64,000 bases of DNA, taken from contig OX597830.1 in the NCBI GenBank assembly GCA_951406725.2, positions 60,884,001 to 60,948,000 on the forward strand, read 5' to 3'. The notes below the pieces were generated by a model. It searched no databases. It had not been told where the DNA came from and was given only the letters and a program-made list of their open reading frames with translations. This document shows positions 61,870 to 64,000 of this stretch, piece by piece (positions within the stretch are counted from its first letter, which is position 1; the number at the start of each line of letters is the position of its first letter). The position numbers and the translations under genes are program-made. Source of the stretch: Octopus vulgaris. Taxonomy: Eukaryota.

Positions 61870-62382
61870 TCTATATATATAAAACTGTAGTTGTGTGAGT
61901 GTCTGTCCCCTTCGATTTAGATTCCTAACTACTCCCACATTTTGCGGTGCAGTTTAACCAAATTCGGGTATCTTATAGTCGTGATTCATATCGAGCCCGT
62001 CTGAGTTTTAGCGCGCGTCTACGATGAGTCTACGATTTTAAAAATAATTTAACATAATTTTTTATTCCATTTTAATGCATAATTTTTCGTGTGTCGATGG
62101 CGGCGGAGTTGGCGTCCATGGTCACACCTGCACCTGTTTGCTTCTCCCCCTTCTTCCCTCCCTCGTGAAGCTGTGGGGAAGGGAGTGTAAGGAAATCAAC
62201 GTCGTAAAGCGTTGTCAAGGAGACCAGTGTTCTTTTAGAACAACGACTTCATGGCTTGAAAACACCAAAACAGAAATGGCTAAGAAAGCCCGAATTGGCA
62301 TCTATAAGGGAAGTAACTCTCTAAAAATGCTTATATAGTTATTTCCCTTACAAACCCGAGCAACGCCGGGCGATACTGCTAG
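61870..62382 (+). mobile_element. Non-autonomous Helitron (second family)
   Basis: A|TCtatatatataaa start. Hairpin cccgagcaacgccggg, then CTAG|T end. Confidence 0.8.
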
Positions 62383-62976
62383 TAATACATATGGTTTAAT
62401 AATATATTTTACTGCGTGTGTTTTGGCAAGCCTTGCTTTCGCCTGAAGACCGTAGCAGTAACGAAACTTCATTTGCGAGAAACATTCAGTTTCAATCGAC
62501 TTACTATTCATAGATGACAAATACGAAACGCCAGTGTGAGGCAGATACCACTTAATGGACACACAGACATATGTGCAAAAAAATGTGGTAGAGTCACTTT
62601 TTAATAAATTAGTATTTCCATTTCAAATCCTCGAAAATATTCCAAGTAACGATAAAACAAGACGTATTCTAACACCATTAGAAAGCAATGTTTACATTAA
62701 GTTGCAGTCTGTTATTGATAAATTGACATAACAACGGCAGTAGTGTTTTTCCAGTGTTTTTGTTCCATTACAGTACTTCTTGAAAGGACGAAAGTTTATT
62801 TTAATGATCTTGGGAATAAATTAACATCTGTTGTGGGTAATATATGGCTGCTAAATAGTCGAATGCTTTTTACACTCAAGGCTAATCTTGGATGCGTTTG
62901 GTAAGTTATTGTAACTATCGTCACTGAACTGTTAACGATTTTGAGTAACGCCAGCTTTATGTATTCTGAAATTTTC

Positions 62977-62979
<3 letters not shown>

Positions 62980-63064
<85 letters not shown>
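62980..63064. repeat. (CA)n microsatellite
   Basis: Direct reading. Confidence 0.95.
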
Positions 63065-63065
<1 letters not shown>

Positions 63066-63216
63066 GCGTAGGAGTGGCTGTGTACCAACCACATGGTTCC
63101 GGGTTCAGTCCCACTGCCGTGGCACCTTGGGCAAGTGTCTTCTACTATAGCCTCGGGCCGACCAAAGCCACGTGAGTGGATTTGGTAGGCGGAAACTGAA
63201 ATAAGCTCGTCGTATG

Positions 63217-63297
<81 letters not shown>

Positions 63298-63517
63298 TTG
63301 TGTGTCTGTGTTTGTCCCCCCAAAATCACTTGATGACAACCGATGCTGGTGTGTTTACGTCACCGTAACTTAGCGGTTCGGCAAAAGAGACCGATAGAAT
63401 AAGTACTAGGCTTCCAAAGAATAAGTCCTGGGGTCGATTTGCTCGACTAAAGGCGGTGCTCCAGCATGGCCGCAGTCAAATGACTGAAACGAGTAAAAGA
63501 GAGTAAAGAGTAAGAGT
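63065..63517 (+). mobile_element. Same SINE, full copy
   Basis: Matches the consensus with CpGs retained. Confidence 0.88.
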
Positions 63518-64000
63518 ATATATACACTCCTACTCATACAACACATATTCACAGATAGGCACACAAATATTTATATAAATATACACATATATACGCATAT
63601 AACAATAGAGGCACGGTTCATTTTTGTTATATGCATTTTTGTTATAAACAATCATTTTTTTTCATTGAAATATTGCGGCAGAAATCTTGCCTCAACGGTC
63701 GTAGCTTATTTGTACCAACAGGTAACCGTGTGCTCTCACGAATCTTAGCCCCGCCATATGTGATAGCCACGTAAAATAGTCCTTTCAATTCAACAGCCAT
63801 GTTCCAGTTCTTCTAACTTGATGGAATTTTTTTCACGTGAGCCAAAAATAAATAGATAAATGAATAAATCAAGGAAATTTTATATGTCAACTGGGACGAC
63901 ATTTCCACACAAATAATGGTGATTTCAACACTGTCTAAAACCATTAGATTCACGAACAGCATGATGGGAAGGCCAGAAAAGTCAACACCAAGCTATAAAT

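Overview
AT-rich, repeat-dense animal genomic DNA. The SINE, RTE and microsatellite repertoire points to an octopus/cephalopod genome (inference). One host gene is readable: seven + strand coding exons (21529-49858; 711 nt, 237 aa) of alkylglycerone-phosphate synthase (AGPS), all with GT-AG boundaries and matching phases. The next exon was not found after the 100-N gap at 50986-51085. The rest is mobile DNA: at least three tRNA-headed SINE families, RTE, CR1, Penelope and R4/Dong-clade retroelement fragments, mariner, Chapaev-like, Merlin-like, piggyBac-like, pogo-like and Helitron elements, and microsatellites. Most short ORFs in the track are translated repeats. The most interesting signals are: (1) at least three unrelated dispersed repeat families carrying minimal type-I hammerhead ribozyme motifs, including a tRNA-headed SINE-like element inserted as Penelope-style inverted pairs and a family with a U3-A8 core variant; (2) a near full-length U6 snRNA copy fused at its UUUU end to a retroposon 3' tail; (3) an R4-clade RLE retrotransposon inserted in a (CATA)n microsatellite; (4) a Merlin-type MITE about 200 bp upstream of the AGPS start codon. 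All calls were made by eye, and repeat boundaries are approximate unless a TSD or TIR is quoted.
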